Source: Octopus sinensis (taxonomy: Eukaryota). Taken from it: 64,000 nt of DNA. The notes beneath the pieces are model-generated. The model had not been told where the DNA came from. It saw only the letters and a list, made by a program, of their open reading frames with translations, and did no database searches. The translations under genes were made by a program, and so were the position numbers. Numbering within the stretch: the first letter of the stretch is position 1; the number at the start of each line of letters is the position of its first letter. Positions 10,194 through 23,745 of the stretch are shown here, piece after piece. The stretch is from positions 171,368,001 to 171,432,000 of the forward strand of contig NC_042998.1 in assembly GCF_006345805.1 (NCBI RefSeq), read 5' to 3'.

Positions 10194-12928
10194 GAAAGAA
10201 CATATTTGAAATTAGTTCTATCCCGGATTTTGTTCATGTGGTTTTATATTAAGATCTAGGTATTGAGCAAAACCCAAAAGAACTACAAAGAAAAAAAGAA
10301 AAATATTAACTTTTTGAAGACACCAGAATAAGGACAAGAACAATAATAATAACAACAACTATTACTACTACTACTGCCACTGCTGCGGCTATTTTTGCTG
10401 CTGTCGCCACTTCTGCTATTGCATACAGAGATAGAAAAGCCACAAACACGCCAAACAGCCGGATCTATCATTGAGCTGTGTCTTTCTCTTGTGCTTTTCT
10501 TATGTGTTCCTCTCGTAACCTCTATACCCTCCACATAAACATTGATCTGTTTGCCTTTCATCTCTATTTACTATTATGTACAGGGATAATGTTGGATATG
10601 CACTAATCACATTATCCAATCTTTTAAATGAGCTTATTTCGGCATTTCTTTCTTTCTGAGACATTAGCAATGTAAAAGATAACACTACAAAAGAAAAAAG
10701 TCATTCCATGTATCTGTGACATGAATGAAATCTGTTGATTAGCTATTTGCAATCAAAGTAATCTATCAATGCAGAGCGTTCAAGCTGACTCCAAAAGAGA
10801 AACACTTTGCTATGGTGCTCACGCATTTCATTGAGGTAAGAGCGATGTAAATAAACTGGCAGTGTTACAACAAAAAAATCAGTCTTGTAACGGACTTGTC
10901 TCGCTTTAATTTAACACTGGATAAAGAAATAACTACTTTTAATTCAGAATAGCGAACGTTTTTATTGGAATTCAATACAATGATAAAGTGTCATTTAAGA
11001 GACAATGAAATTATTGTCAAATAGGCACTCGTGGAAATAAATGTTTTGAGTGGATTTTTTAGTAATAGAAATTTATTGAAGTATAGACATAAAAGGGCTA
11101 TTTTATATGAAGAATTCTTTAACTATCAAGTGATTCTCGAACATTTTTCCTGTATAAAGTTAAATGATTCTTAAATAGAATACGTAATACGTAATCTGGA
11201 GGTTAAAATAACCCTTTAAAATGAAAAGTACAAAAAGATTTGTGTTTGTTCTTTATTGGTCTTACTAAAATTATTAAGTAGAGGTTTTTACAGATTTTTA
11301 CTTGATATAAAAATATTTTATTTTCGATTATGCTCTTGAGAAAGGCGTGGACTTTTCGATTTTCCCCCCTATTTCTAATATATTCGGCTTTTGTTAATTA
11401 CAATGAGCATTAGACAGAGAAGTACAGGTGCAAATGACAATAACCAGCGGTAATTGCAGCAGCAATATGAAATCTCCGTATGTTTCGTTTAGCAAATCAA
11501 TCAACATTAGATACATGGTATGCAAACTTAGTCTTCAGTGGTGTCCAATACTGCTCATGGGCTGTAGTTGTGTATATACAAGAATAGAGCATCACACACA
11601 CTATCATCATGCAATGTTGATTTACATATTATTTGTAGCAGTTATGATGAATAGTGTTGAAGGTAAATTTTGGGAGACTGATTCCGCATCCCGGATTCAA
11701 TCTAGGCGTGAACAATTTCATTTTATCAACAACCACATGAAACCTATAATGAGTCAAGCACTATTTCGTCTCTCTTCTAATATATCTGAACTTGCTTGTG
11801 TATAAGAAACCAATACTAAATCCTCATGACAGTAGTAAATGAAGTAAGAGTAAATTCAAGTTAAATAGATTAATTTAACTTGAATTCACTTGATTAGATT
11901 TCTGTTACTAACTCCGTTTCTTTCACTTTCATGTAATAAATTATTGAGTGCTTGTGACCACTCATTAGATCAATATTATCATGTGATTAACGAATAGAGG
12001 CTATGAAGAATTCAAGGGACGAAACTAAACATTGTTAAGTATCTAATATGACGTTATACTGTGTACACCATCTGAGTTACATTTAAAGATGACAGAAAAG
12101 TAGACTATTTCTATTTCAGAAAGTCATCATGTAAGAAATTGATGTTGATATTTTATGTGTGTTTATGACAGTTCATGTAAAAATAAAATGACTTCAGAAT
12201 ATTACTGTTATTTTTGAATCCACTCAGCAGCATGAATGACAAAATAGATTTTAGTGGTATGTGAACTCAGAGTCGAGTTGCATTTAATTCTCACGTGAGG
12301 TTAGCTACAGTAAGATCTAACTAACCTCCATTTAAGAAAGTAATATTCGAAGTACATTCACGTTTTAAACTTCAGTTAACGTTGTGAACGCGAGATTATA
12401 TTCTTATTCAAAGGATTGCTCACTTCCACATTTGTGATTGCTTTACAATAGCAAAAATATGAGAAGCTATTTAGTATTCTATCTATCTAGCGTTTCTTAT
12501 GCATGCTATATATTGATACAGCTAATTGCATTTTTTACTGAAAAAATATTTAAATTATCCTTATTTTAAAGTTTTTATCGTGTTTCAAAGTTTCAGAAGT
12601 TTTATTAACTGTTTCTAGAATATTTCAGTAATTTTTGTTGCATTATGCTGAAGTAGAAACAGCTGATATTAGTATCTACCCCACATGTAAAATTTCTTTG
12701 GTTCTTTACTAAATAAAAATATTATTCAGTAAATAATATACTCTTAAAATAAGTATATTTTACAGTAAATACTGTATCGTAGTTACTCGTCGCCAATTAT
12801 TGTAGTTTTGCCACTATTTATGACAATACTTGTCTACACTATAGTAGTAACAAGAAAATATATAACGAACCAGGGTAACAACAACGTAACTATCCAACAA
12901 GCTCTTCACTATATTCCGACAAACTACC

Positions 12929-13149
12929 TATTTCTTTATTACCCACAAGGGGCTAAACACAGAGAGGACAGACAAGGAGATTAAGTCGATTACATCGACC
13001 CCAGTGCGTAACTGGTACTTAATTTATCGACCCCGAAAGGATGAAAGGCAAAGTCGACCTCGGCGGAATTTGAACTCAGAACGTAACGGCAGACGAAATA
13101 CAGCTACGCATTTCGTCCGGCGTGCTAACGTTTCTTCCAGCTCGCCGCC
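12929..13149 (-). mobile_element. SINE S1 monomer with target-site duplication
   Basis: Full tRNA-like head; flanked by direct repeat TTCCGACAAACTACC (12914-12928, 13150-13164). Confidence 0.9.
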
Positions 13150-13318
13150 TTCCGACAAACTACCAAAACACCTTACGACTTCATGCGTTTAACGCCTACT
13201 CGCTCTCTGATCTCGCTCAGACCACTACTGTTTCGGTCAAGTCTATTCTCGTACGGGTGTCGCGACTCTCGTCACAACAATAAATAAGAATATTTCCTAA
13301 ACAAGTGTATATATATGC

Positions 13319-13641
13319 TGAAACCCCGGTTCGGTCATGACTGACCATGGGATTGCACCAAGAAAGTTACCCTCCCAAGCACAAGTCCGGGCAAAGTTGC
13401 TTATAGATGACCAGCAGTCGCCATGCATACGGGATTCCCCTCTCCACGCCACCAGTGTTATCTAAGGGAAAGGCAAAAACCGATACAAATTAGCACATGT
13501 GACGTCGCAACTCATTTCTGCAGCTGAGTGAAATAAACTGGAGCAACGTGAAATAAAGTGTTTTCCTCAAGAACACAACACGCAGCCCGGTCCGGGATTC
13601 GAACTCACAACCTCACGATCGTAAGCTCGACGCTCTCACTG
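13319..13641 (-). mobile_element. tRNA-derived SINE with CORE/V/Deu-like central domain (family S3)
   Basis: B box GAGTTCGAATCCC; central GTGTTGTGTTCTTGAGGAAAACACTTTATTTCACGTTGCTCCAG. Confidence 0.8.
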
Positions 13642-13659
13642 TATGTATGTATGTATGTA

Positions 13660-13695
<36 letters not shown>

Positions 13696-13766
13696 TATAG
13701 ATATGTATATATATGTATGTATATATATATGTATATATATGTATATATATATGTATATTATATATG

Positions 13767-13834
<68 letters not shown>

Positions 13835-13896
13835 ATATGTATGTATATGTATGTATATATATATGTATATATATATATATATATGTTATAATTATA

Positions 13897-14094
13897 CAGG
13901 GTGCGGCAGAACTAACGCCCTTTTGTATTTGAGTTTTCTAGTTTCTGAGTTCCTTTTTTTATTTCAGAAATTTTAGATAAATATGACCATGCGATTAACG
14001 AAGGAACAAAGAGTGAGAGCAGTTCAACTTTATTACTTAATAAACATTTATATACTCTAAAAGTTACTAAATGCAAAACTTCTGCAGCACCCTG
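13897..14094 (+). mobile_element. 198-bp Tc1/mariner-type MITE
   Basis: TIRs CAGGGTGCGGCAGAA / TTCTGCAGCACCCTG, TA flanks; retains a transposase-like start MTMRLTKEQRVRAVQLYY at 13983. Confidence 0.85.
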
Positions 14095-14921
14095 TATATA
14101 TATTACTGGTGAAGACCGGTTTGTAGGTTTACCTTGGGTTTCTTGCCATAAATGGTACCTTTATGGCGTATCTTCAGGTCCTAAAACCTGTTGGTCATCG
14201 GCTTCTGACTGTGGTGTAATTATCGCTAATATTTAAAGGCAAATTTGTCGTCTTTCATGTAACGACTGCTGAAGGATTCTTTACTTACATCTCTGCATGG
14301 TTTAGTGTATTCTAATCCTTTATACAACAGCCCAGTAAACGGTGACTTCTGAATTTAGTTTTTGTTACGATAAATGATTCACAATTTAGTAACTTTACAG
14401 ACTCAGTAGTTAACTTGTCTGTTATTTATAGAAAATATTACCGTCTTAGTACCAGATAATATTTCTGTTTGCATAAAAACTGGATGTATGATTGCTCGAT
14501 ACACGCTGAAGTCTAGCGTAGTTCTTTAATTTCTGAATTTAATATGAAAATGCTTCTTAACCTGAAGTTATTTAACAGTCAACATACAAAAGTAAGTTTC
14601 ATTTATTTTCTTCGTAACGCTAACATTATCGCAAGTCGTAAACAATCACTACAACAATAGTAGTAGTCGAAAGCCAAGCGAAGAAGCTACATGCATACAC
14701 GAGAACTCCAACTATCCCATATCTACAGGTGAGAGCCTTGAAGACGGCATAAGGTAGAATAGTTTCCACTCTATCTGTGACAGAAACATTTTCCACCCTA
14801 CCGTTCCCTATTATTGTAAGACACTAATAAAAAGTAACTTTAGTGTGATAGTATAGCAAGAACAACAGAAATACTCGGAGAAACGAAATAATTAGGCGAG
14901 ATAGAAATAGAAATAAATATA

Positions 14922-15879
14922 CCGTGAATCCTCGAGTATAGTCCGCCCTTGAGTATAATACGCAGGGGATTTTTAGGGGGCTGCACCTCTGAAAACCTAA
15001 ACCTTGTGTATAATACGCACCCCTTCTCTAACTTGCGTCAAGGAGGTCTATATAACGCCCTTGGTTTGTAAAAATGTATAAGGTAACGTCCTTTATTATT
15101 ATTGCATATATAACATAATACAAACGCATAGCTTTTTTGTGCATTTTGTTTGCAGAATATAAAGAAATAACAGTAATAACGTCAGTGAAAAATAAATATT
15201 AACTTGCTTTTACATATTTATCACTATCAGTTACAAAAGCAAAAACATTTATTCAAATCCTTCAAATTCAACGTCACTTTCAGCATCAAATAACTGTTTC
15301 GTTTGTTCCTCCGTAAACATGTCAGCATCATTGTAGTGTAAATCTCCATCATCAGATTCATAGTCAACATCAGAAGATTCACTTTCATTTATTTCATCTT
15401 TCCATACAATGTCATCTTGAGTACCAATACAAACAGCAGGATGAACTATTTAGCGCTAATCTATTATGCACCATTCGTGCGTAATTAAGCCAGCAGCACC
15501 TAGTCGAACAAACACCTCCGCGTATGCGTAATACAATAATGATGATGTTCTTAACTGTTATATGGAAATGTAAATATGTTTGCAAATTGTTTTTGTTACA
15601 TGTTATTCTGTGTTCTGAATACTTTTATTTTAATAAATGTTGCGTACTGCAAGTTATGGATGATTCTTTTATGACTACGTTGCTTTCAGGCTTAGCTTAA
15701 GGCATTTTCGTACCCTACATCACAAAATGCGTCTGAATAAACATTACCGGACAGCAAATAGAGACTCGGACATTACTTAGAAAATATTTTTCCCTTTTTA
15801 ACCTCGTATATAGTACGCACTAGGGATTTTGACCGTTAAATTTTGGGAAAAAATGCGGATTATACTCGAGGGTTTACGG
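14922..15879 (-). mobile_element. pogo/Tc2-like non-autonomous DNA transposon
   Basis: TIRs CCGTGAATCCTCGAGTATAGTCCGC / GCGGATTATACTCGAGGGTTTACGG, TA flanks; acidic transposase tail GTQDDIVW..LFDAESDVEFEGF* at about 15257-15430 (minus strand). Confidence 0.85.
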
Positions 15880-15906
15880 TAGATAGAAAGAGAGAAAGTG
15901 AGAAAG

Positions 15907-15941
<35 letters not shown>

Positions 15942-18900
15942 AAGAAAGAAAGAGAGAGAGCTATTTTGTAATATTTGCAGAGGGGAAAAGATAAGGAACT
16001 TTAAGGGCCGCTCTTGGAGAGTAATATAGAATCACTTTGAGTTATGTCACTCTGTCCTTATGGCACAGCTTCTTCATATACTTGAGTGTTTTCCGCATAG
16101 TTTTACGTATGTTTCTAAATACTATTTTATACACATATAAAATGGTTCACTTTCACATTCACTGAAGAAACAGTTTCCAGAGAGCATTTTTGTAGATCCT
16201 TATCGATTCCCTCGAGAGTGACACTTGGCCAAAATATACCAGTTAAACAGACAGTACAGAAAAAAAAAATCGCCAGTTTTACATCCTGCTCACAACATGA
16301 TCCAAGCTATAAGTTGAGCGTAGCACTTTATCGAATAGGAATATATTTCTGGTAATTCATTCGTAAAGATAGCTAATAAATATATAGAAAGTTTAATGTT
16401 TGGGAGCGGAATCCTCTTTGAGACTTGTCAGAATAAAACTTGTCATAGTTTATTTTCATGCCCAACTATAGGTTTTTGTCTTTGTAACATCTAAGGCAAT
16501 ATTGACTTTCAAATTTTGCTCTACGGTTCTGGAAGAGATTTCACCGATTTTCGTTCCTGCTGAAGTACAAGTAAAAGCTTCTCTAGCATTGCTTTAAAAA
16601 TTCCTTCACATGTTTAATCTTTATCACCAAATAAAAGAAGTAAGAGAGTATATATGATCAAGCTTCGTAGGCACTGCCTTTCTGCCCTTCTAAAATCATA
16701 TAACACCTGTTTTAATCCCTCCCGGCAATTTCTCTGCAGATCCTGTTTTAGTTACTCTTTACTCACTAACAACTTGTATTCGCTGGGAAAAGAAAACAAT
16801 GATTTTATGTACCTATTTCTAGTTTATTCTCAGAATAAAGAACTGAAAATTTAGTAAGGTTTCAAGGCTTATGACTGCAAAGTGAATCCGTCAGTTACAG
16901 TTTTTAGTTGAAATCTCCACGGCAGATTTTCTAATCAGTTATGGAACTATTTCCATAATCATGTTAGAGTGAATAGTTTTATTCCACAGAGACTCATAGC
17001 TAGTATTGTTCAAAACCACCAACATTAACTACTTGAACAGCATTTTTTTACATAATCAAATTTACGGCGACGAAAATGAGAACAATAACATTACGGCAAG
17101 CACACTTCATCAGAACAGTAATGGCAATGAAGATTTAAATCAATATGACTGTTTGGTAAAATTCCAAAACAGAAAAAATATAAAGTGAATCACAGACAAG
17201 CAAGAACTTAGAAACTCATAAAGCTGTAATAATATATGTTCGTCTTATTGTATCGATACCGGTTATTAAATGAACTAGTTTTAGTTTCTGTCAGGAAATC
17301 GATAAAATAAAAACAATTGAAGAAAGAGAAAAGAAAGGAAAGACTTCGTATTTTATAGAAATATTTAACTATAGCATGATGAAGTATAGAAAGGAGAAGT
17401 TACAAAAATGAAATAGGAAAAATCAAAACAAAATCCAAAGAAAATGACTCTTCCCATTATTCAATCTAATTTTGCTTACTTAAAATCACATGCAGAATTA
17501 TTTTAGTTTTAAAACAACCAACTTTTGACTTCTCATCTGTATGATACAACATAGAAGTATTGACAACTTAGGAATCGACTCGTTATTACAATCCTAAAAT
17601 ATAACAAAAATTGAACCGATTTTCTCAGTGGAGTAGTGTAGATAAAATAAACACACAAGAAAAATAAACATACAAGAAGAAGAACAGCACGATATATTTA
17701 AAAGATAAATTTGATATAAAATAAGTGAATGTAAAATATTCCTCGTGAAAAAAAGTAAAAAGTGAATGATTTTCATCCGTTCGTTTTGTTTATTTATTTT
17801 TGTTACACGTCGGGGGAATAAATGTAGATAAAAACATGAAGACATAGAAATGAATAAGATGTGTAGGGAAGATAAGATTGTTTGTCGTCTTCTGAAACTT
17901 CTGTAAGATTTCTGTTTAGAGAAGGAAAATCTGCTATTGTGGATTGAAAAATCGCTTTGACTTTGATTGCCATTGGTCTTATTCATTGATTAACTCATTG
18001 ATTATTGCTTATAAAAATCTGCATTAAATTCATCTTTTGCTCATAATCATTTGTTATACTACACATTATTATAAAATACAAAAAGAAAAAAAACAACCAG
18101 GGACCAGTTGAAATTTTATATTAATGTTTTATATGACATTAGATAAGATGTAGGTCAAATATTTAGACTGACAATCAATATAATGCTATCTTACATAGAG
18201 AGAAGGCAACATATTTGCAGAGACAAAATATATTCGATTGATTCTGAATCAGATCAAGACTGATATTTATGCTATCAGTCCTGGAGAAATAAGGCGACAT
18301 TATATGTATTTGAACTCACAAAAATTCTTAAGAGAAAGTGGCATAAGATAATAAGTCTACTGATCCTCCATTCCTGTTAGCTCATCATCGTTATAACAAA
18401 GTAATAAAATGGTTTCTTATATTGTTATTAAGCCCAAGGTCAACATCTCTTGACATAGCAGACTTATGATCAAAGGCATTCCAGTTATGGCTGAATCATT
18501 AGCACGCCTGGCAGGGTGCTTGGTGGTGTTTCATCCAGCTTTACGTTGTTGATTAAGGGGTATATTAAATTATATAAACTTCAATGCATGCTTGGCATTT
18601 ATTCAATCCTAGAGCGATAAAATGCAAAATAAATACCAGTGGGACTTGAGCTCAATGAGTAGAAAGACGAAATTAAACAATGAAAAGCATTTCATCCAGC
18701 GTTCTGCCACCGTTGTCAATTCATTACTCTTATAAAATTCATTATTCTTAAAAAAAATCTAGTATGGTAATAATGTGCCTTGTGTATCCGGTTATTTAAA
18801 TTATTCTCTGTGGATAAAATTCTGGTGCATGTGAGCATAGAAGATAGTGTCTATAGAAGAAAATCATTTCAAGTCAGTTTTCAGCTAACCAAATGTCATA

Positions 18901-19059
18901 ATATAAAAATATGTAAGTTATTACATTGATTTTTCTCCGGTAATTATTTTGAATAATTTTCAATAAATATTTTCGACTAAAAAAATAAAATCAGAAGCTA
19001 AACAGTTCAGATTCAGTAACAAATCAAAACTTTAGAATCTACGCGATAGTTTTTAACTA

Positions 19060-20302
19060 TTAGTTTGTTCTGAAGATAATGGCCGACTTCAGGAACATAA
19101 TTTTATTCTGGAAAAATTAACAATAGAAATTAACATATGAGCTGTGAACATCTATGCATCTCTGCCATCGATCAACAATATTATTTATGCCTCATTGATA
19201 AAAACTTATTGGTTTTGATGCTAAGAAATCTTTGAAAGCTGATTCCACTTCTGGTTTGGACCTGAAAGTTTTATCACTTAAAAACGTGTTTAAATGCTTA
19301 AAAAATGGTAGTCAGGAGAATATAGAGGATGTGGAAAAGTTTCGTATCCCAAGTCTGTGAGTTTCTGAAGCGTCATTCTTGCAACATGAGGCTTTGTATT
19401 ATCGTCTACGCCGATTCACCAATGCCGGTCTCATTTTTTGCAAGTGAGCATGCATTTCAGCGAGTTGATTGCAGTAAACCTCTGCTGTAATGCTCTGATT
19501 AGCTCCCAGAAAGCTGTAATAGACAACACCAATTGCAGACCACCAGACAGTCACCCTAATCTTTTGCTGATGCAACTTTGGCTTTGGGAAATGTTTAGGG
19601 GACTCATCACGATCAAGCCAGCCATTGACCTGATCGTTTACGGTTATCATAAAGGATCCAGTTTTCGCCACAAGTGACTATTCGGTCAAGAAAAGGATCA
19701 TTGGTGTTTCGTAGAAAGAGCATCGAGCACATTTCAAAACGCCGAACTTTTTGATTTTCATTGAGCTCATGCGGTACCCGTTTATCGAGCCTTTTCACCT
19801 GACCAATCTTCTGCAGATTGCGTGAAACCGTTGCAATACCAACACTAAGTGCCTGAGACATTTCTCTCACACTTTAACGTGGATTTTGTTCAACAATGGC
19901 TTTCAATTGTTCATTGTCAAGAATGCATGACCATCCTCTACCTTCTTTATCTTCAAGGCTTTCATCACCACTACGAAGTTTCTGAAACCACCTTCGTACA
20001 GTGCGATCACTTGTGGACCCCTTTTCCCATGATTTTTGGCAGCAGCTTGGGAGGCATTGTGCCCAAGCTAGAACTCATGCAAGAAGAGTAAGCGATGGCC
20101 CTTTTTTTTTTGTCATGCTCATAATTAAGGGTGCATATGCTTCAAGAATGTTTTCTGTCTGAAAAAAGTAGAAAATTATTAAAGAGCATACATCAATTAT
20201 TAAGTAAGTCAAAATTCACCTAAAATATAATTAAAATGTTATGATAAAATTGTGTTTCAAAACACATTACTTACAGCGGCCACTATTTTCGGAACAACCT
20301 AA
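19060..20302 (-). mobile_element. Full-length decayed mariner element (1243 bp)
   Basis: TIRs TTAGTTTGTTCTGAAGATAATGGCCG / TTAGGTTGTTCCGAAAATAGTGGCCG, TA TSD; VPHEL, IVTCGENW, VWWSAIG, PHPLYSP motifs with frameshifts. Confidence 0.92.
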
Positions 20303-20327
20303 TACATTCATCTAATAATAAATAATA

Positions 20328-20909
20328 CTTTCTAATGGAAGCACAAGGCCCCAAATTTTGGAGAAAGGATTGAGTCAATTACATCGACTTCAGTGAATAA
20401 CTGGTACTTATTAATCGACACCGAAAGGATGACAGGCAAAGTCGACCGCAGCGGAATTTGAACTCAGAACGCAGCGGCAGACGAAATACCTATTTCTTTA
20501 CTACCCACAAGGGGATAAACACAGAGAGGATAAACAAGGACAGACAAACGGATTAAGTCGATTGCATCTACCCCAGTGCATAACTGATACTTAATCTATC
20601 GACCCCGAAAGGATGGAAGGTAAAGTCGACTTCGGCGGAATTTGAACTCAGAATATAACGGCAGACGAAATACCTATTTCTTTACTACCCACAAGGGGCT
20701 AAATACAGAGGGGACAAACAAGGACAGACAGACGGATGGATTAAGTCGATTGCATCGACCCCAGTACATAACTGCTACTTATTTAATCGATCCCGAAAGG
20801 ATGAAAGGCAAAGTCGACCTTGGCGGAATTTGAACTCAGAACGTAACGGCAGACGAAATACGGCTACGCATTTCGCCCGGCGTGCTAACATTTCTGCCAG
20901 CTCACCGCC
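20328..20909 (-). mobile_element. Head-to-tail trimer of SINE S1 inside one target-site duplication
   Basis: Units of 188 and 184 bp plus a terminal unit; 21-bp direct repeat TTCATCTAATAATAAATAATA at 20307-20327 and 20910-20930. Confidence 0.9.
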
Positions 20910-21547
20910 TTCATCTAATAATAAATAATAATGATACATAAAACAATAAATAAAATCTGAATTGAAATATCTTTTATTTCGTTAATATAGGTATACTAGT
21001 TTCTTAATAGTGTCTTAGATATGAAATTAGTGTCGTAACTGAGATGAAATGGTATTACATGGGAATAGATAACGGATTCGAATTACCAATGAATTACCTC
21101 TCAGTGCAATGGTAATAAATGGTATTGTATTAATTTAAAATGAGATTTGTTTTCCTTGACTGGCTTGTTTCTTCACTGATTGCAATATAAAATAGAAAAA
21201 ACAAGTGTATTTTGTAAGGTCATCAGAGAAATAATTTCAGGTTGTTGTAATTTGGAATCGAAATCAGATTGCAGATTTGTTTGGTCGACAGTTTGTTTTC
21301 TTGCATACTTCGTCAGAGTGGTTACATTGAACGAGACTATATCTCTATGCGTGTTAGTTTCAACAGAGATGCAACTGTATTAATCACGTTTTGAGCTTTG
21401 CATAATGTGGAATGGGAAAACGCGATTTAACCATTAATATTAGAAGCATAAACGTTAACTGATATTCATTGAAAGTCTATCTCCGATCTGGTAGATATGA
21501 TTTCCTTTCCTTCAATTTCATAAGTTTTTATTCACATTATATGTGTT

Positions 21548-22050
21548 GCATGGTCGGGTCGTCGGCGACTAAACCGTCAACCCCACCAAGCTTGCTTGGT
21601 GAGGAGGGTGTTTATTGGTCACCCTACGGGATGAAAAACAAAACCCGTCAAAGGGCGGAGGAACTCTTGATAGTCAACGGTCATCCAATAAATGTCTTAA
21701 GGCTGTATCATGCGCGGGGACATAGAAATAATCGGACTGAATACTCGATCGCGCGGTTAAACCATTGGGAGTGAAGAACTCCTATCCTTTGTTAGGGCAT
21801 CCTTCTAGGAGAAGGTAACTTAGGTAACTGGGATAACTCCGACATAAAATCTGCGGCTCAGTGGTTACCGAGGATACTGACTTGTTCTTCTTTTCGGATT
21901 ATGGGTGCTGTTGCTTAGTGAGTGGGATTGACTCAGTGCACAGCCTTTCCTCACTTAAAAAAAAATCTTCTTGCACAGGCATTGCACGATAACAACATTG
22001 ATTAAGCTTCGCGCAATGGCCATACTCGATATCGAGGGGGCAGCCACCAT
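21548..22050 (+). mobile_element. GC-richer repeat resembling an RTE LINE 5' UTR
   Basis: Contains CTAGGAGAAGG, a motif I recall from RTE 5'UTRs; sharp compositional boundaries; no coding similarity. Confidence 0.4.
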
Positions 22051-22677
22051 GTACGTACGTACGTATGTATGTATGTATGTATGTATGTATGTATGTATGT
22101 ATGTATGTATGTATGTATGTATGTATGTGTGTGTGTAAGTTATTAGAAGTGATATGTACAGATTTTATATATCAAGAAAAAGAGGCAGTCAGGAGTTTGG
22201 ATAATTCTTTATTTAGCACTTTCGTTCATTCGTGGGTACTATTCAGAGTAAATTTTCTGTAAAATTTCGTTGCTTTTTATACAGATCATAAAGAATGCAG
22301 AAGGAAAAAGAGAAAAGAACAAGGAAGTGGGGAGAGGAGGAGAAATGAGAAGATAGAGAGGATAGAGGAAAGAAAAAATAGAAAGGAAGAAAGAATATTT
22401 AGGGATAGTTTGTGGTTTTCAGGTGCAAACAGATGTAAATCACAAACCATCCTCAAATGCATTCTCCCTTCCTGCCTATTTTCTTTTCTCTATCCTTTCT
22501 ATCTTCCCATCTTTCCCTCTCTCCCCTCTTCTTTCCACTTTCTCCTTTTGTATTCTTTATGATCTGCATAAAAACAACGAAATTTCACAGAAAATTTATT
22601 CTGAAAAGTTCCCACGAGTGGACGAAAGCACTATATAAAGAATTATCCAAAATTCTGGTTGCCTCCACTCTGTCTCT

Positions 22678-22728
<51 letters not shown>

Positions 22729-23004
22729 GTTCGTTTGGGGATTTAGTGTGCAAGAATCTTTATGTGAGTTCGTGTATTGAAGCATATTTTGTTGTGTCTG
22801 GGGAGAGCCATTCTCTATTAGTGCCTTATTATTTAACGCCCTCTCCGGTTCAGCTTCCACTCATTTGACTCAAGAGTCAACGACTATTGAAAAGGTTACT
22901 AGACACAATGAAAATTTTAGGAAGAATAAAGAAATGAGTGGAAACTGAACCAGTGTGTGTGTGTTAAATAATAAGGCTCTAAAAGAGAATGACTCTCCCC
23001 AGAT

Positions 23005-23054
<50 letters not shown>

Positions 23055-23554
23055 TATATATATGTATGTATATAAAACAAATAAGTAACAAGAATATCCA
23101 TGTATTAGTGCATTACGGCCGTTTCAAGTGGCTCCATTTAATCAATCAATGCAAGCATTACATCAATTTGAAAGAAACTGCTCTCCTTGGAAGCATAAGA
23201 CAATATAGGTTTTCAATATACAGGATACTCCATTATAATTTTTTAACAAATTTTTCGTCAGAACTATAGAATAAAAGAATTACAATGTTTGCTGCTATTA
23301 TTGTAGCAGAATGAACTTAGGGAGAAAATACTTAAAGCCTACTATAATTTAGAGTGGCAGAAGAAAAAAACAATGGGCTAGTTTATTTTATTTTATTTAT
23401 TCTTTTATAGTACATTATTATATTTTGTATACCTATGTACCCCATATATACTGATGTAACTTCTATGGATTTTGAAGGGGTTTGTAATTTATCTCTATAG
23501 TTAATCATGGTATATTATAATACAATATGGTATTTATATTTATTTATTTGTATT

Positions 23555-23573
23555 TACATTTTATAATTATAAT

Positions 23574-23639
<66 letters not shown>

Positions 23640-23652
23640 ATATATATATAAT

Positions 23653-23712
<60 letters not shown>

Positions 23713-23745
23713 ATATATATATAATATATATATATAATGTATATA
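23555..23745. repeat. Long (TA)n microsatellite, one of many in the window
   Basis: Direct reading; similar tracts at 6275-6320, 6600-6670, 13641-13885, 27290-27440, 29535-29655, 48820-48927, 55568-55790, 63640-63750. Confidence 0.95.

Noticed and set aside
13215-13275. GUGACGA..GAAAC..GUC on the minus strand
   Set aside because: No stem I and no stem II closing pair; a GACC/GGUC hairpin explains the pattern
15290-15355. CUGAUGA..GAAAC-A-GUU on the minus strand
   Set aside because: No stem II; it lies in the acidic coding tail of the pogo/Tc2 element, so it is coincidental
20328-20909. Regularly spaced repeats suggesting a CRISPR array
   Set aside because: Whole 184-bp units repeat with no unique spacers, the context is eukaryotic and there are no cas genes
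22040-22055. Perfect Kozak sequence GCCACCATG
   Set aside because: It runs directly into a (TATG)n microsatellite with no coding sequence
23108-23195. GAAAC-GGCC-GUA with upstream CCAAGGA on the minus strand
   Set aside because: Three core mismatches and a poor stem II; at most a fossil
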